Positions 23,401-36,420 of a stretch of DNA of 64,000 nucleotides are shown here, in pieces (positions within the stretch are counted from its first letter, which is position 1; each line of letters starts with the position of its first letter). Under the pieces are notes generated by a model that was not told the DNA's origin, made no database searches, and saw only the letters and a program-made list of their open reading frames with translations. The stretch comes from Vicugna vicugna. Lineage: Eukaryota. The DNA lies in assembly GCA_013265495.1 (NCBI GenBank), contig MU058636.1, positions 2,837,967 to 2,901,966 on the forward strand, written 5' to 3'. Position numbers and translations under genes: made by a program.

Positions 23401-26400
23401 TGGCCGTTCCTCCTCCCAGGAGCCCTGAGGGCAGGGCTCCGGGCACCAGTGGACGGGGAGCACAGAAGGGGTCCCGACAGGCGATTAACTCCCCATTATT
23501 TTCACCTCGTGACTCCTGAAGTTCTCCTCGCTGTCTGGGGAACGGGCAGACCCGACTCCCTTGGGAGACACCGGGACAAAAGCACAGCCCCTCGTCACAA
23601 AGGCCCAGGTCTGACGGCGCAGTGAACAGGTGTCTTGAGCCAGGTGTCCGCTCCCACTGTCCAGGGTAGGAGAAAATGAGATGCTCACTGACCGTGTCCT
23701 GGGTTTATTTTTCAGAAACGTCCTTTCTGTCTCCTTGGAAGCAGTGTAAAATGATGTTCTCCCGGGGGCTCTCCGCTAGTGTTTTGTTCACGTTACACCA
23801 TCACACACATTCCTGCCTGGACTCCAAAGCTGGTCGTTCAACCAACAGTGAGCCCAAATGAAACTTCCCTGCCTAAAGCCACCCTCACCACGCCAGACAT
23901 GGGCAACGCAGGTCCACTTGGACCCCTGCTGTCGGGAGTCACGCAGAAAGTCGCCAGGATGCTCTGACAGCGTCATCTGGGAAGGAGGTCGTCCTTTCCT
24001 GCGGGGTGGAATTTGTAAAACAGCTGACTCCCACCCTCGCAGCTGAGTTTCTGATAGAAATCCTGTAACAGCGAGAGCCTCAGATCTGTCTTACTCCGAA
24101 TTTTATTATTAAAGAACACCTCATGCGGGATCCTCTTAGAAAAGCAAAGAAAATCTGTCCCTTTCCCGCAGAATCTCCAACTCCAAGTTTCACTCTAGTA
24201 ATCACTACCTAACCGGAGCAAAATGGTCCAATGGGTCCAGATTGCAGAGATAAAGAGTTTAGGATGCTGTGTTTTGAAGGTGTCTGGTAAAGCTGGGCAG
24301 GTGTAAATCATTGCTTTTTTTTTTTACTCTCAGATGGAATGATAGGTCCATCACTGAAAAAGTCCAGCTTAATGGCTGGAGGGAGGGAGGGGTCAGACGT
24401 TGCCGGCTGTCACAGACACTAAGTTCATAAGTGCCATCCTTTGGAGAAAATCTTTACATTGAAATTTTGTCAATACTTCGGCCCTTCCTTTAAGTAGTCC
24501 TTACGATGGCCCCAAACTTGCGAGCCACCTAAAGTAAAATCTGTCACTCCAGTAGGAGACAGACTGTGGTCGACATGTGTCCCAGGCTGAAGCAAGCAGG
24601 TCTTTGCCAGGATGCTCACCCACAGGAGGCACTGACAGGGGCTAGGGGGCGGACACAGATATGTCATTTCAGCTCCCCTCCAGAGGCGGGTGGGTGGCTG
24701 CCCCCAGGACCCCGGGGCCTTAGAGCACCTGCAACTTTAATAAGGAAGAGGTCAGAGGGCTCATAACGGAGTGACCCAGCGTGGTAGAGGGGGTCCAAAA
24801 AGAGAGATTTCCAGGACGTGGGCCACCGTAGGGGAGGAGACTCAGGGCAAGGAACAAAATCTGTGTTGAAGGAAGTTGTTCTTAGAGCCAGATTCACTTC
24901 CCCCAGATGTCAGGGGTCCCAGGTGCAAGTTCTTAAAATTAAAACCTGGAGTGTACAGGGCACTGGTAGACACTAAAAATGGCCCGAGAAGCAGGTAGGT
25001 TAAAGTGGGTAAGAAAGTGACAGAACTGAACCCAAAGTACGGGGGCGGAGGTGGTGGCCAAACGATGCAGCAGACAGAACGGCGGCGGAGTGGGGCAGGG
25101 CCGGCCCGCACCACACGTCCTCACTGGGCAGCCGGAGCCTGCCGTGAGATGCGACTCTGGGGCCTGAGCTCTTGTAAAGCCCCCAAGAGCTACACTCATC
25201 TGACCCCAGGCAACGAGGAAGATGCTGAGGATATAACTGAATTCACGGATCTCACACCTGTTATGATGCCCTGGCTCCACACGGCCAGGTTCAAGGCAAA
25301 GCATAAGCCCCAGTCCTCGCCCAGGAGGCAGGGCATCTGGGCTGGGAGCCAGGTGGACGGGGGGGTGGGACCAGGCTTAACCATCCGTCTCACAGACCAC
25401 GACCTCCAAGGGGAAGAGAAGCGAGGACAGAGGCCTGAGGCCCATGAGGCGCCTGGGCACGTCTTTGCTTCCAGTCGGAAGCCTCAGTCATAAAGACCCA
25501 GCACGCTTTGCTGGAATCCACAACCAACAGGTGCTGTGGCTTCTTGCTGGCCTGGGGGCCACAGGGTCCTCCGTGATGGCTGAACCTCACGGAGCCTACC
25601 ACCCTCGGTCTCAGCAGAGAGCCAAGCCCCAGGAGGCCTGCCCCCGAGGCCAGCGCTTCCTGCCGATTCAGCAGAGCTGACTGCAGGAAGAGCCCGAGGC
25701 CTCTGAGGTCCCACACACAACAGCGCAGCCCTGCGTTGGGAGCTCTAAGTCCTGATGGAAAAACAGAGGTTCTGCCTCTCAGTCCTGACTTCCAGCCGCC
25801 AAAGGAGGCGGCCCTGGAGGAGGGCCCTGGGGTCCGCATGGCCACACGGCCACTCGGCAGGGCAGCTTCCAGGTGCAGATTCCAATGCAGGGATGGCCAG
25901 GACACGCGAGCTCATTTTGTCCTCACCAGAGACCAGCAGAGTGGCAACTGTCAGTCCTCTCCCAACAGCCAGAGTGGACTTCAGCTGGGGGTCGCACGGG
26001 CACCTAACCTGTACACAGGGGAGGCTGGATCTGAACTCAGTCATCTAATTCCAGAAGCCCTGTCCCACGCCAGGTGCCAAGTGACACAACTTTGATCAAG
26101 TCTCTTCTTCCTGTTGCCTGAAGAACTCTGTCACCCTGTCTGAAATCCTACCAAAAAAAGATCCACGTGGGTTAAGAACACCCCTTCTTGAAAGCCATTA
26201 CTCCAGTAAAACTGCAGTCAATTAGTTATTCATACAGCGGAGTGAATCAAGGCACCCACCCACTTCTCTCCAGCCGGCCAAGATCCACTCGCTTTGAGGC
26301 AAAAGGAGCTTTATCTGGGACTGAGGACAAGTAGGTAATGTGGGCAGCAGGGCGCAACCGGGGCTTCAGCAGAAGGTTCTGGAGAGCACACAGATGCAGA

Positions 26401-26889
26401 GGCGAAGACTCAGAGGGAGGGAGCTGGCCAAAGCAGACAGGTTAAACATTATGTTGGAGACATCGTGTGCCTGATAAAAGCAGGGGAAGTGTCAAAACAG
26501 CAGGTAGAGCATCCCCTAAAAACAATATAACATCTATGAGTGTGAAGAATGGTCTAGAAGGACCATCAAGGTAGTTTGGACGGGAGTTTATCAGGTTTTT
26601 TTCTCAGCGTTTTGTCATTTTTCCAGTGTGTGTACCTCTGAATTAAGAGGAAGGAAATCTCTCAAAGAGTTGACCAGGGAGGCGTGGTAACTGGTGGTTA
26701 TGCTTTCTCTCTACACGTGTGTGTCTGGAAATTTCCAAAAGTAAATGCGAAGAGAAAGGAATTCAACCAGGGCTCACCTGGAAAACAGTGAGGAAACTCT
26801 CTCTGAGACGAGTACCCCTGCGGCCAGAACAGCCCCGCGTGCCCCAACACACAGCTCACGTCAGTCAGTTACTTAGTCTTTTATAGGAT

Positions 26890-26947
26890 TGGGCTGAACC
26901 ATATGAAACTGTCAATATTCGGCCATTTTTCACCTAGAAAAACAGCC
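26890..26947. mobile_element. MADE2-like mariner MITE, partial
   Basis: gctgaaccatatgaaactgtcaatattcggccatttttcaccta resembles the MADE2 left arm. Confidence 0.6.
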
Positions 26948-29611
26948 AAGAGTAAAGGATCTATAATCGGCAGAGATGGGCTTACCTCTCAGGGGCCAGG
27001 CCCCTGGACACCTCTCTGAGCCTAAATCTGTACCATTTAGGGAATCAGATCAGAAAAGGCAATGTGAGTTCCAAAGAAGAGACTGAAGGAAAACAAAAAT
27101 GAAGAGGTGCACAGGTTGTTCAAAAGCCAACAGCTGCTGAGAGAGAAAAACCTGCAAACGTGGTTTTGCGCCACACGTTGTGCGGGACAGAAGCGAATTA
27201 CTGCTCACCTCCCAGCTCTCGCAGGTCAAGGTCACGCCCTGGCCCTCCCGGGAGACGAAGCCCCAGGTGACCCTCGTCGACAAGGGACAGCTAAGGTGGG
27301 AGTGCCCGACGGGCCGTGGGGACCAGGGCCGGCCAGGACCACAGGCTTAGGTGAGCCGGGTGCGCAGCTGAGAGGTTCACGCGGGAGACGTGAAGGTTTT
27401 AGGCAAAGGAAGGGCATCAACAAACCAGACCTGGACGATTACTCAGGTCCTGCTGTGCAGGACAGACTGGAGGGGGAAAGGGCACGAGCCCGCCAGCCGC
27501 TCGTGGCCCAGACCTCTTTCTTCAGGTAGCAAATCGATACATTTACCTTGAGGCGCGATGTTTTAGTCCAGCTGATAAAGCCCTTTGCGGAAGCGAGTGC
27601 TATACGCTTATTTACCTGCCACTTGTTCCCCGTCTCTGCTGCTTCTCCCCCGAGCCCTGAGATACAGGGAGTGTCCAGGCCCCTGGTTACCATGGGGATT
27701 ATCTGCGTAGGGCTCGTCCTGCAGAATTAACATCTGGCAGGAAATGCCATGTTTTATGATAGGGCTTGCTGGCATATTGGTAACTCACTTCACTGGTGGC
27801 CAAGATTTCAGATATTCACCCCGAAAGAAAAGCATCAAAAATCTGAAAGAAATGCCAGAGCCCCCCACGCTTGAGGCTGGCCACCCTTCCCATCTTCAGT
27901 CCAAGGAGCACCTGTCGCCCTTTCCCCCACCACGAGGTTTTCCGTTTACGGGAACACTTGGAGGACAGGGGCAGTAGGTGGTAACAGTCTGCGATAGAAA
28001 ATGCCACGCCGGTTGCCTGCACTAACTCTGAGGCATCGGAAGCAAATGGCCAACTGCATGAGGGCCCGTGGATCCCGGAATGCTTGACTGAACGACCAAA
28101 GGCCAGGAGAAAACGCACCAGAGGATGGGGCTGGACCGTGAGGAAATGGGTTTGGCCACAACCTGAGGATGCGCGGATGCAGATTCTACCCCAGGTGAGC
28201 CTTCAGGTGAGAACCAAGCCGTAGTTCATAGCCTGACCGCAGCCTTGTGGGACCCGGAGCACAGCACCCAGCCAAGCCACGCTCTCACTCGTGACCAGAG
28301 ACACTGTGACAAGGCAGACGTGAGTCTGCGATTTGTCCACAGTGACAGCTGACTAACCCGTGGGCCAGGCAGCCATGAGATCATACGTGAGTCTGCATCT
28401 ATGTTCTCTTTAAACCTTCAAGGACCCAAAACAGGCCCCAATATTTCTTTCGCTCTCTGGGCTTCAGTGATGGACTTCACCTTTACTTCACCTGAAACTG
28501 TCTTTTCTTGGTTAGGCAGAATGATTGAAAGTAATTTCCTCTTTCTGCAAGAATGGTCTATGTTAAGTGGCCATTATTTCACTTTTTAAAAATAGTGTGT
28601 CTACCCTGTGCCACTCCTGGAGGAGTTACCAGAGCTGCAAAGATAAGCGATTCGCTGTCCCTGCGCTCAGAGTGCCCATCCTGGGAAAAGACCCCAGTGA
28701 CCATCCATCACACAAGTATTTACCTGCCACCTACTACGTGCCTCTCCCTTCTCTGTGTGGAGGAAACCGCAGGGAAGGGACACACTCCCTGCCCTCCTGG
28801 CAGGAGAAGACAACATGGTAAAGCAAAGAGCACGACCAAGCAGCAGAGGCCAAGGTCTCCAGCACTGTCTTGGCCAGACTGTCACCTGTGAGGGCCCTGA
28901 TCCAGACACGGCCCAGGGCCTGTGCTGCAGGCCTAGGGGCCAACGAGGGACCCCTGCCCCGCTCATCACAGCACTGCTGACCCCGAGAAACCAACACCTG
29001 AGGCTTTTCACTCAGATGTGAGTAGTCCCCACAAGGCCGGGTATTGGTAACAGAGGAGCAGACTCTAGAATCGTCCCTAAGACAGCAGAGACACGTCTGC
29101 TATGGCAGCAAGAGGAGGGACAAGGCAGAATGAACTGGCCCTAACTTAGGATGACTTAGGCACTTTTGCTAAACAGTCCCCTAAAAGGAGAAGAAAGGAA
29201 GAGGATATCCAAGGCTTAGGATGGGAAAACCTCCCACCTCCCTGCTGCAAGGATCTCACCTGAGGAGAAGTGCACCTGGTCACCCTGCGCCTTTGCTTCT
29301 GATACTTGCAAGCTGCAACAGCCTCATCCATACACCGGGGTTCAGAGCAGAAACCTCAGGGAACACGGGGCTGGGGAGTCCTGCCCCCCTTGTCCCCCAA
29401 GGCAGCCTGTGGGCTCAACGGTGCCGACATGAGGCCAAGGTCACGGTTACGCCCCCGACCCAGCTCCTCGACGGCGGGCTCGGCGAGGGCTGCTGACTGT
29501 GTGTGCGACTTCTTCACGGGGCTGCAGGCTCGGAAGCGAGACTGTGAGCGGTCCCGCGGGGCCGTGAGAGCGTGAGAGGGAGTGAGGAAGGTCGGGGTGG
29601 TTCTTTTACAA

Positions 29612-29637
29612 ACACACATACACACACACACACACAC
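29612..29637. repeat. (CA)n microsatellite
   Basis: acacacatacacacacacacacacac. Confidence 0.9.
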
Positions 29638-30544
29638 CCCTGAAAACCTCTGTGATGAATAAAGCAGTGACAAAAACGACAAAGTCTCCATACTCAGTGA
29701 ACCTGTTATTTTAATCAAAAAAATAACCGAGCAACAGCTTTCAAGCATTTTCACAGCAGATCCTTTTTCTCCAAACTACATCCTCTGCCAAAGCCAAATA
29801 TAAGCATCAGGCGAAGCTGGAGCCGCTCTTACTTAAGGGCAACGGGGTCGTGGAGCCCTGCTGGCTGACCCTGACCTCCCCCCAGGGCCCCGGGGCTCCA
29901 AGGACCCCCTAAGGTCCAGCCTGAAACACGCTGACCGACAGCGGTCGTTACAGCACTGACACCCAGGAACCAGCTACGGGAGAGTCTGAAGTAAAGAGTG
30001 AAAAGCAGGGCAGAGGAACAGGAGCCAGACGAGCAGTCTGGGGGCAGGATGGAGACTGGCCTGGCCCTTGAACTTGAGAAACGGGAGGCTCCGTGAGTCA
30101 AAGGCAGACCCAGAACAGGTGCATCACGGCCCCGGTGCCGCGGCCGCCCCCGGGCACCGTCCCTCCGAGGGCTGCAGACCACACAGCGCCCGGGGTCCGC
30201 GCCACAAGGGAGCGGACACCCTCTCCCCCCAGCACGTCCTGCTGACCAGGCCCTGGGCGGGAGGCCTGGCCATCCAGGATGCTGAGAGGTCGGCACGAGC
30301 TAGAAGTGAAGCCAGGAATTCAAGAAGCCACCAGAGCGAAAAGACAAGGCTTTTCTGATGAGCAGATGGGACGGAAGAGCTGGATGAGGCTGAAAAAGCA
30401 CAGCAGTCAGACACGAAAAAGACTACTTAGGGCTTACTTGTCAGTGAACTTAAAAAGCCAACGGCCAACGAAAGGCCTAAACAAATAACATTCCAGCACC
30501 AAAGAGCCGGCTCTCCTGCCGGGGTGCTGGCGCGCAGACTGTAC

Positions 30545-30647
30545 CTGGACTGTGGCGGGAAGACTGGTCACCCCGGCACCCGGGGAGCCTTGGGTCCTGG
30601 ACTGGAGCTCAGACGTCTCAGGAGGGATGAGATGAGGCTTCAGGCTC
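30545..30647 (-). other. SLC7A1: SLC7A1 non-coding exon 2 (5'UTR), 103 nt
   Basis: Acceptor gtctctcctttgtctcccag|G and donor CAG|gtacag. Contains ATCCCTCCTGAGAC and CTTCCCG...CCAG, which resemble the human 5'UTR exon as I recall it. No ATG. Confidence 0.8.
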
Positions 30648-31649
30648 CTGGGAGACAAAGGAGAGACTGTTAAACTGCTTTGGCCCCAGAACCTCCAAGC
30701 CTGTGGTCGTCACAGGGTGGAATGACTTGGTTCAGCTGTAACACCAACCGAAGCCAGGTGGTGGGGGCATCTCACCACGGAGATGGAGCAGCATTGGGTG
30801 GGGGCACCGCTGACTGGGCAGGGGAGACGCCGGGGAATCGGTGTGGGCGGCCTCCAGGCCAGAGGATCTACACATTATCTCCACTGACGTGTGATCGTAT
30901 CTCAAGTAAGAATGACAGCAAAGGATCGTCTTGACAGACGACTTGCACACGTTGAGGGCACAGAGATGGAGCTGCGAAAGCTCGGGGGCCGTGCGAGGGG
31001 CCCCCGAGGGGAGTGAGTCCTCTCCTGACACTGGCACTGAGGGACTGAAAACCTTAGCTTCATCCTCAGGAAACAGCGGGACTCCCACCTGTGCGATGGC
31101 CACGCTTCCACCCAAGTTGACCCTGGCACGTGGCATCAGAGTCCCAGTGCACGGTACGCAGCCCTGGGGCGCTGTCCTAGCCAGCACTGCGTGTCCCTTC
31201 CCCTGAGACTTCAGGAAGGGCCACACACAGCTGTAGATGGAGGAATGCCCCCGTCATGACGAGCCTGCAGTCCCCGAAGGAATGGGATCGAGGGCCCAGA
31301 GTGGCCACTGAATGAGCGATGGGCACTCCCCCAAGGGGCACCGAGGAAGAACCTCCCGGGCGAGTGGCACAGACAGTTCTTGTTCCCTCAATCGTCCCAG
31401 TTCTCCGCTGTACACACCCCTGCGCTCTCCTGGGGGAGGTCTAGTGATACTTCCTAAACACGATTTGCACCTAATGTGAGCCCACAGAGAATGACTGCTG
31501 AGCCAAAAACACACACGAAGATGCGAGTCAACAGCTAGACTTTTATGACTTCAACACAGCAAACCAGGTTTCCAGGAACCCTGCTCCATCCCAACCCACA
31601 GCTTCCGTACATTCATTCTGCTTTAACATCTCATTTTTTCCCATTTTCT

Positions 31650-31970
31650 ACTTTGAAAATGAAAATGTCCAAACGTCTGGAAAAGTTAAATGAACATTTG
31701 CATACTCTTCGTCTACGTTTGCCAATATTTAACATTTGACCACATTTGCTTTTTTTTTATATATATAAGTTTACACTTTTCTCATGAACCATCTGATCGG
31801 GAGCTCTAATAGCTACCATGACACCTGACCCAAGAATTTTGGTAACTCCTAAGAATGACACTCACCTGAGTAATGGTAATGCCACTATCACACCAAAGAA
31901 ACTGAACATTCGTTCAATAGCCTCTAAAACAGCCCATGTGATATCAAATGTCCAAAGTTGACAACATATG
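31650..31970 (-). mobile_element. Old L1M (L1MC/L1ME-type) 3' fragment
   Basis: tgaaccatctg...catgacac...tcctaagaatgaca...aaactgaacatt resembles the antisense L1MC-type 3'UTR. Confidence 0.55.
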
Positions 31971-32183
31971 GCTACTTGTCTATCATGTGCCACGTACCCC
32001 AAGAGCAGTGAGAGAAACGAGGATGAATGAGGCTCACAGCCCACAGATTCACTTGTGAGTCTGTCTTGGTAGAAGAGCAAGTCGTGGCTCCACCTGGAGA
32101 CTCAGCAAGGCTCTGCAATCATGTGCTGCTTATCCAGCGTCCACACACAGTGGGAATGAAACATACGAACTGGGAGGCCTGAA

Positions 32184-32593
32184 TGTGACAGCCAGAACGA
32201 TGCCCCCCAACCCCAAAATGTCCACATCCTACTTCCAGGAACTTGTGACTGCGTTAAATGACACCACAAGGAGGAGGTAAGGCTGCAGAAGGAATGAAGG
32301 TGCTAATCTGCCGATCCTGGATGAGGAGACATTCCTGGGGTGGGTCTGATGGAATCACCGGGTCCCTGGAGGATGGGGGAGGAGGAGGCAGTGTCAGAGG
32401 TGTGGGCTGTGAGAGGCTCCATCAGCACTGCCGGCTTGGGCTGTCAGGGGACCCGCCCTAGAAGCCGAGAAAGGCCAGGGAGCAGGCTCTCTCAGGAGCA
32501 CACCCTCCAGAACCTGGACTTGAGCCCAGGGAGACCTGTTTTGGACTTTTGACCTCTAGAACCATTAGAGTAATAAATTTATGTTGTTTTAAG
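32184..32593 (+). mobile_element. MLT1D-like MaLR solo LTR
   Basis: Begins tgtgacagccagaacgatgcccc...gtccacatcct and ends gacctctagaacc...taataaatttatgttgttttaag. Confidence 0.8.
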
Positions 32594-32617
32594 ACTTTTT
32601 TTTTAATGTAGAGGCTT

Positions 32618-33034
32618 GCAGCAATGTGGATGGATCTAGAGATGATCATATCCAAGTGAAGTAAGTATGACAGAAGAGCAAGTATCATATCACGTTTATG
32701 CAGAATCTAATAAGAAAAAAACCCCTGACACAAATGAACTTATTTGCAAAACAGACACAGACACACAGACACAGAAACACAGAAAATAAACTATGGTTAT
32801 TTACCAAAGGGGAAGGTGGAGAGATAAATTAAGAATTTGGGATTAACATACACACACTACTATGTATAAAATGCATAAACAAAGACCTACTGTACAGCAC
32901 AGGGAACTGTGTTCAGTGTCTTGAACATGAAAAAGAACATATGTATATGTATACAACAGAATCACTTTGCTGTTCGCCTGAAACTAACACAACATGGTAA
33001 ATCAACTAGACTTCAATAAAAAATACCAAAAAAA
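32618..33034 (+). mobile_element. 5'-truncated cetartiodactyl L1 3' end with TSD
   Basis: gcagcaatgtggatggatctagag...gacacaaatgaacttatttgcaaaacag...aatcactttgctgt...cttcaataaaaa. Flanked by atgtagaggctt at 32606-32617 and 33044-33055. Confidence 0.85.
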
Positions 33035-33200
33035 GTTTTTTGGATGTAGAGGCTTAAAGCAAGGCTGGAAACTGTCAAAATGCTGAGGGCTGGGGTCCAA
33101 GTCATGGAGACTGGCCAGCAAGAGCCACGATTGGACCTATATTTTAGGAAGAAAACTCTGGAGTGAAAGGAACAGAACAATGGACGGCGTTTGTTGCCCA

Positions 33201-33800
33201 TGGTAAAATTTAAGCTTTCAAGCAAAGAACACCTAGAATTTTGGAAAACTTGCATCTGTCACCAAGATCTCAACCAACAGCTCCCCAAAACTTAAAAGAG
33301 TTTTCTGACGACACTGGTGGTATTATTAACAAATGTGTTTTTCGAAAATTATTATATGATAAAATCTGTCAACATTTGGAAGATCTGGATAAGACAGTAA
33401 TTCACTGAAACAGAATCACACACGGGTAAGCGGTTGATTCAAAGCACAAAACAAACCCATTTTAGGGTCCGAGAAGCTCCCTGACATGGTGTTAGATCCA
33501 CGGGGAAACCAGCTGCCTTTGAGGCTTCATGCAACATCCACAATTTTTTGAAAAGGCTACTGACGTACTCCAAGCACGGATCTGAGGCCACGTTTTCTTT
33601 ATTTCAGCTAAAACCATACATCAGACGCGGGGGCAGTCAGAAGAATCAAGCAGCCTCCCATTAAGCTAAACACTAAGAGCTTTGTAAAGAGGTGAACACC
33701 ACCACTCCGATTAGCTTTGTTTCGGAAAACCGCTGTTTTTCATTAAAATGTTTTATGTGGTTTTTTTTTTATTGTTTATTGTTATTTTTAGCTGGACCAA
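33201..33800 (+). mobile_element. Charlie1-like hAT transposon, decayed transposase C-terminus and 3' part
   Basis: aagctttcaagc...tagaattttggaaaacttg...gtcaacatttggaagatctg...gaaaaggcta...ccattaagc matches Charlie1 as recalled. Confidence 0.75.
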
Positions 33801-34629
33801 TACGTAACTATTTCAAGTCGTTTGAAATTTTAGCTTGTAACGTGACACCTCTTGGTAGGTTCAGCGCCCGTCGTCCTCAACAGCCTTTGTGGGTGCAGGG
33901 GGTTCTGAGGCCCAGCAGTCTGAGAACCACTGCGGGGTCCCCGCGGAGCAGACACAGCCACACTTAACAGAGGCGCCCATCAGGAAGGCTGCCCCTGCTT
34001 CTCCGGCAGGACCAGCAGCCCGACAGCCGCCATCCTCACCGCCCCCGTTTCCCTGTCGCGGTGGGGAAGCAGTCACTGCTCAGCGTGCGTGTGCAGAAAG
34101 GCAGGCCACGCGTCACCCAGGCTGAACCCTGCAGGACGGGACGGACTAGAACGCACACACAGCAAGTGCATCCGTTAGTGCGCGCTTCTTTAATCCAAGA
34201 ACATCCCCACCGATTTACCATATTTCTTCAGACCTGAAAATTCACTTGTTAAAAAGAGGGTAGTGAGAATGCAACCTCCACCTCACACCGACAGAATCTG
34301 AGTTCACTTATTTCATAAACACAGCAAGCAGCATTCCACCGCCACCCGTGACGGGCTCCCAAGGGCACACGGCCCCCCACAGGCGTGGCCACGACACCAC
34401 GTGGCTCTGCGGTGGGGACACCAGCACACTGGCGGAAATACGTCCATGAAACAACCTGAGAACGTCAGCAGACACGTATCCACTGAATAATTTATAATCA
34501 AAAGGAATCAGGCCTTCTCATTAAATACACTGGCAGGAACTACTAAAAATGTCTCCTGCTGTATTTTATTAAACATGATGCCCACCTCTGGGGCAGCTTA
34601 AACAGCTGCTGCTCCTGGGAACGCGTTTG

Positions 34630-34745
34630 TGTATCGTTCACGTCACAAATATCCTGAGTGCCAGATACAGTTCTAAATTCACGGGCACAGCAGTGAACTA
34701 ATTAAACCCAAACCCCTGCCTTGGCAGAGTTTACGTTCTCTGACT
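34630..34745 (-). mobile_element. L2 3' end fragment
   Basis: caaatatcctgagtgcc...cagcagtgaac...ccctgccttggcagagtttacgttct. Confidence 0.6.
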
Positions 34746-36264
34746 AGGAACATCTCTCTGAAACGTAAGGATGGCAGAAACATCAAAGGGAGGCGGCACG
34801 CCTCTGACCCCCTAAAGCAATTCCATGAAATTACTAGAAACAAGATGAGCCCCAATTACACAAGCAAGCGCTCCAGCCGCGAGAAGGTCAGATACGAGGG
34901 TGACTGTAAGGAGTGAAGCTACAGGGAACAGTCAAGGCAGCTAGGGGAGTTGTTAAGTCTTCTGGCTCCAGCCGAGCACTGCGGCAAGCACAGAGCTCCC
35001 GGGGGGCGGCCACGAGAACACGAACAGCCGAGGCCCCTCCCAAGGGGATGAGTGGGGTGTCAGAATCCTGGAAGGAGGGTATCTGTAGTTTGAAAAAGCA
35101 AACACGAATTCCATTTTTTCTTTGGCGTGAACAGTTCTGAAATTTCAGCCTGAGATTTTTGTTTGGTAAAAGCACGGACGAAGGGGCTGACGGCAGGAAG
35201 AAAGCGTTAGTACCTTTCCTGTTCCAGGAAGAGGGGGCTGATGGACTTAAAACCGGAGTGTAGGCAGCAGCAGGGAGGGCCTCAGGCGCCACCCAAGGAT
35301 CCAAAACCGTCCCAGAGACCCTCACACTTTGTTCCCTCTTTTCCCTCGTGAGCCTGGAGGACGGGCGCCAGGAACTGACCATCACAGCAGCTGCACCTGC
35401 CGCGCGCCGGGAGCTGGCCGCTCCGGAATGGTTTTCTGGACCAGGGGGACCTGGGAGCCATCTCCTCTGTCCTTGACCCTTCCAGTCCTGAAGCTCTGCA
35501 TTTTGGATTTATCCAGAAATGAGCAGACTGTCATTAACCGAAATATACACTCACGAGGGGCAGCCCTGGCAGGTACCAGAAAGCAAGGGACGTTTACACA
35601 TCGTGCCCCCGGCACCCCCACCCTCCTGCTGCCCACGGCTCTGCGATGGCAGCACTCACCCACCGCTTCTCAACGGAAGCGGATTCCAGCTGATGACAGG
35701 GGTCTCATGAGGAAGGGGTCTCCCAGCTAATGGTAATGGCTCCCCAGAGAAACTCATGGAATGGATTCCAGTGTCGACTTCAGAATGTGACTGTCTCATC
35801 TCTCCCCACAATTTCCCATGTACTCCCCCATTCCACCTTGATTTGGGACCAATACCAGTTTCTGGCAACCCCTGAAGGCGGCAATAACATTTAAATATAA
35901 AAGCTGTGTGAAAGACTGCATTCTATATAAACATTTGTTGTTCTACAGCACTCATTGGGGGGAAAAATTTACAAACTCTAGAGGAAATGTGGTCAAGGAA
36001 GTGACATCGATATATTAATCCTACCCCGCAACTGTCAACAATTAAAATTACCCCAGTCTATTCCACACCAAGGAAAAGACCGCTGGGCTCTCAACCTGAT
36101 GATTCATCCTTTGAGATGCAAAATACTCCACGAAAGGCTATGTGCACTGGGACTGGCAGGGAGGGTGACTCTTCCTCTCAGGCAGAAATCTCCTGGGAGG
36201 CTCCCCGGGGGAGGGGGCAGTGAGAGAGGCTGGGGGCCAAGACAGGGCTGTAGGGCAGCGGCCG

Positions 36265-36420
36265 GGTGAGGACACCCCCAGGGACCACCTGGCCACGTGT
36301 GGAGACATCTCTGTGGCGTAGCTGAAGGTGGTGGCACTGGCGTCTAGTGTGTGGAGGCCGGGGTACAGCTGGACATCCTACAACGCACAGGACAGTCCCC
36401 ACGACAGCCTTGTCCGCAGC
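36265..36420 (+). mobile_element. MER20 hAT MITE fragment
   Basis: cccccaggga...gtgtggagacat...cactggcgtctagtg...catcctacaacgcacaggacagtcccc. Confidence 0.75.

Noticed and set aside
34219-34233. Possible 15-nt ATG-containing micro-exon (ttttcag|GTCTGAAGAAATATG|gtaaat) in intron 1
   Set aside because: Splice-like motifs only, with a short pyrimidine tract; such matches are frequent in 33 kb and there is no transcript evidence.
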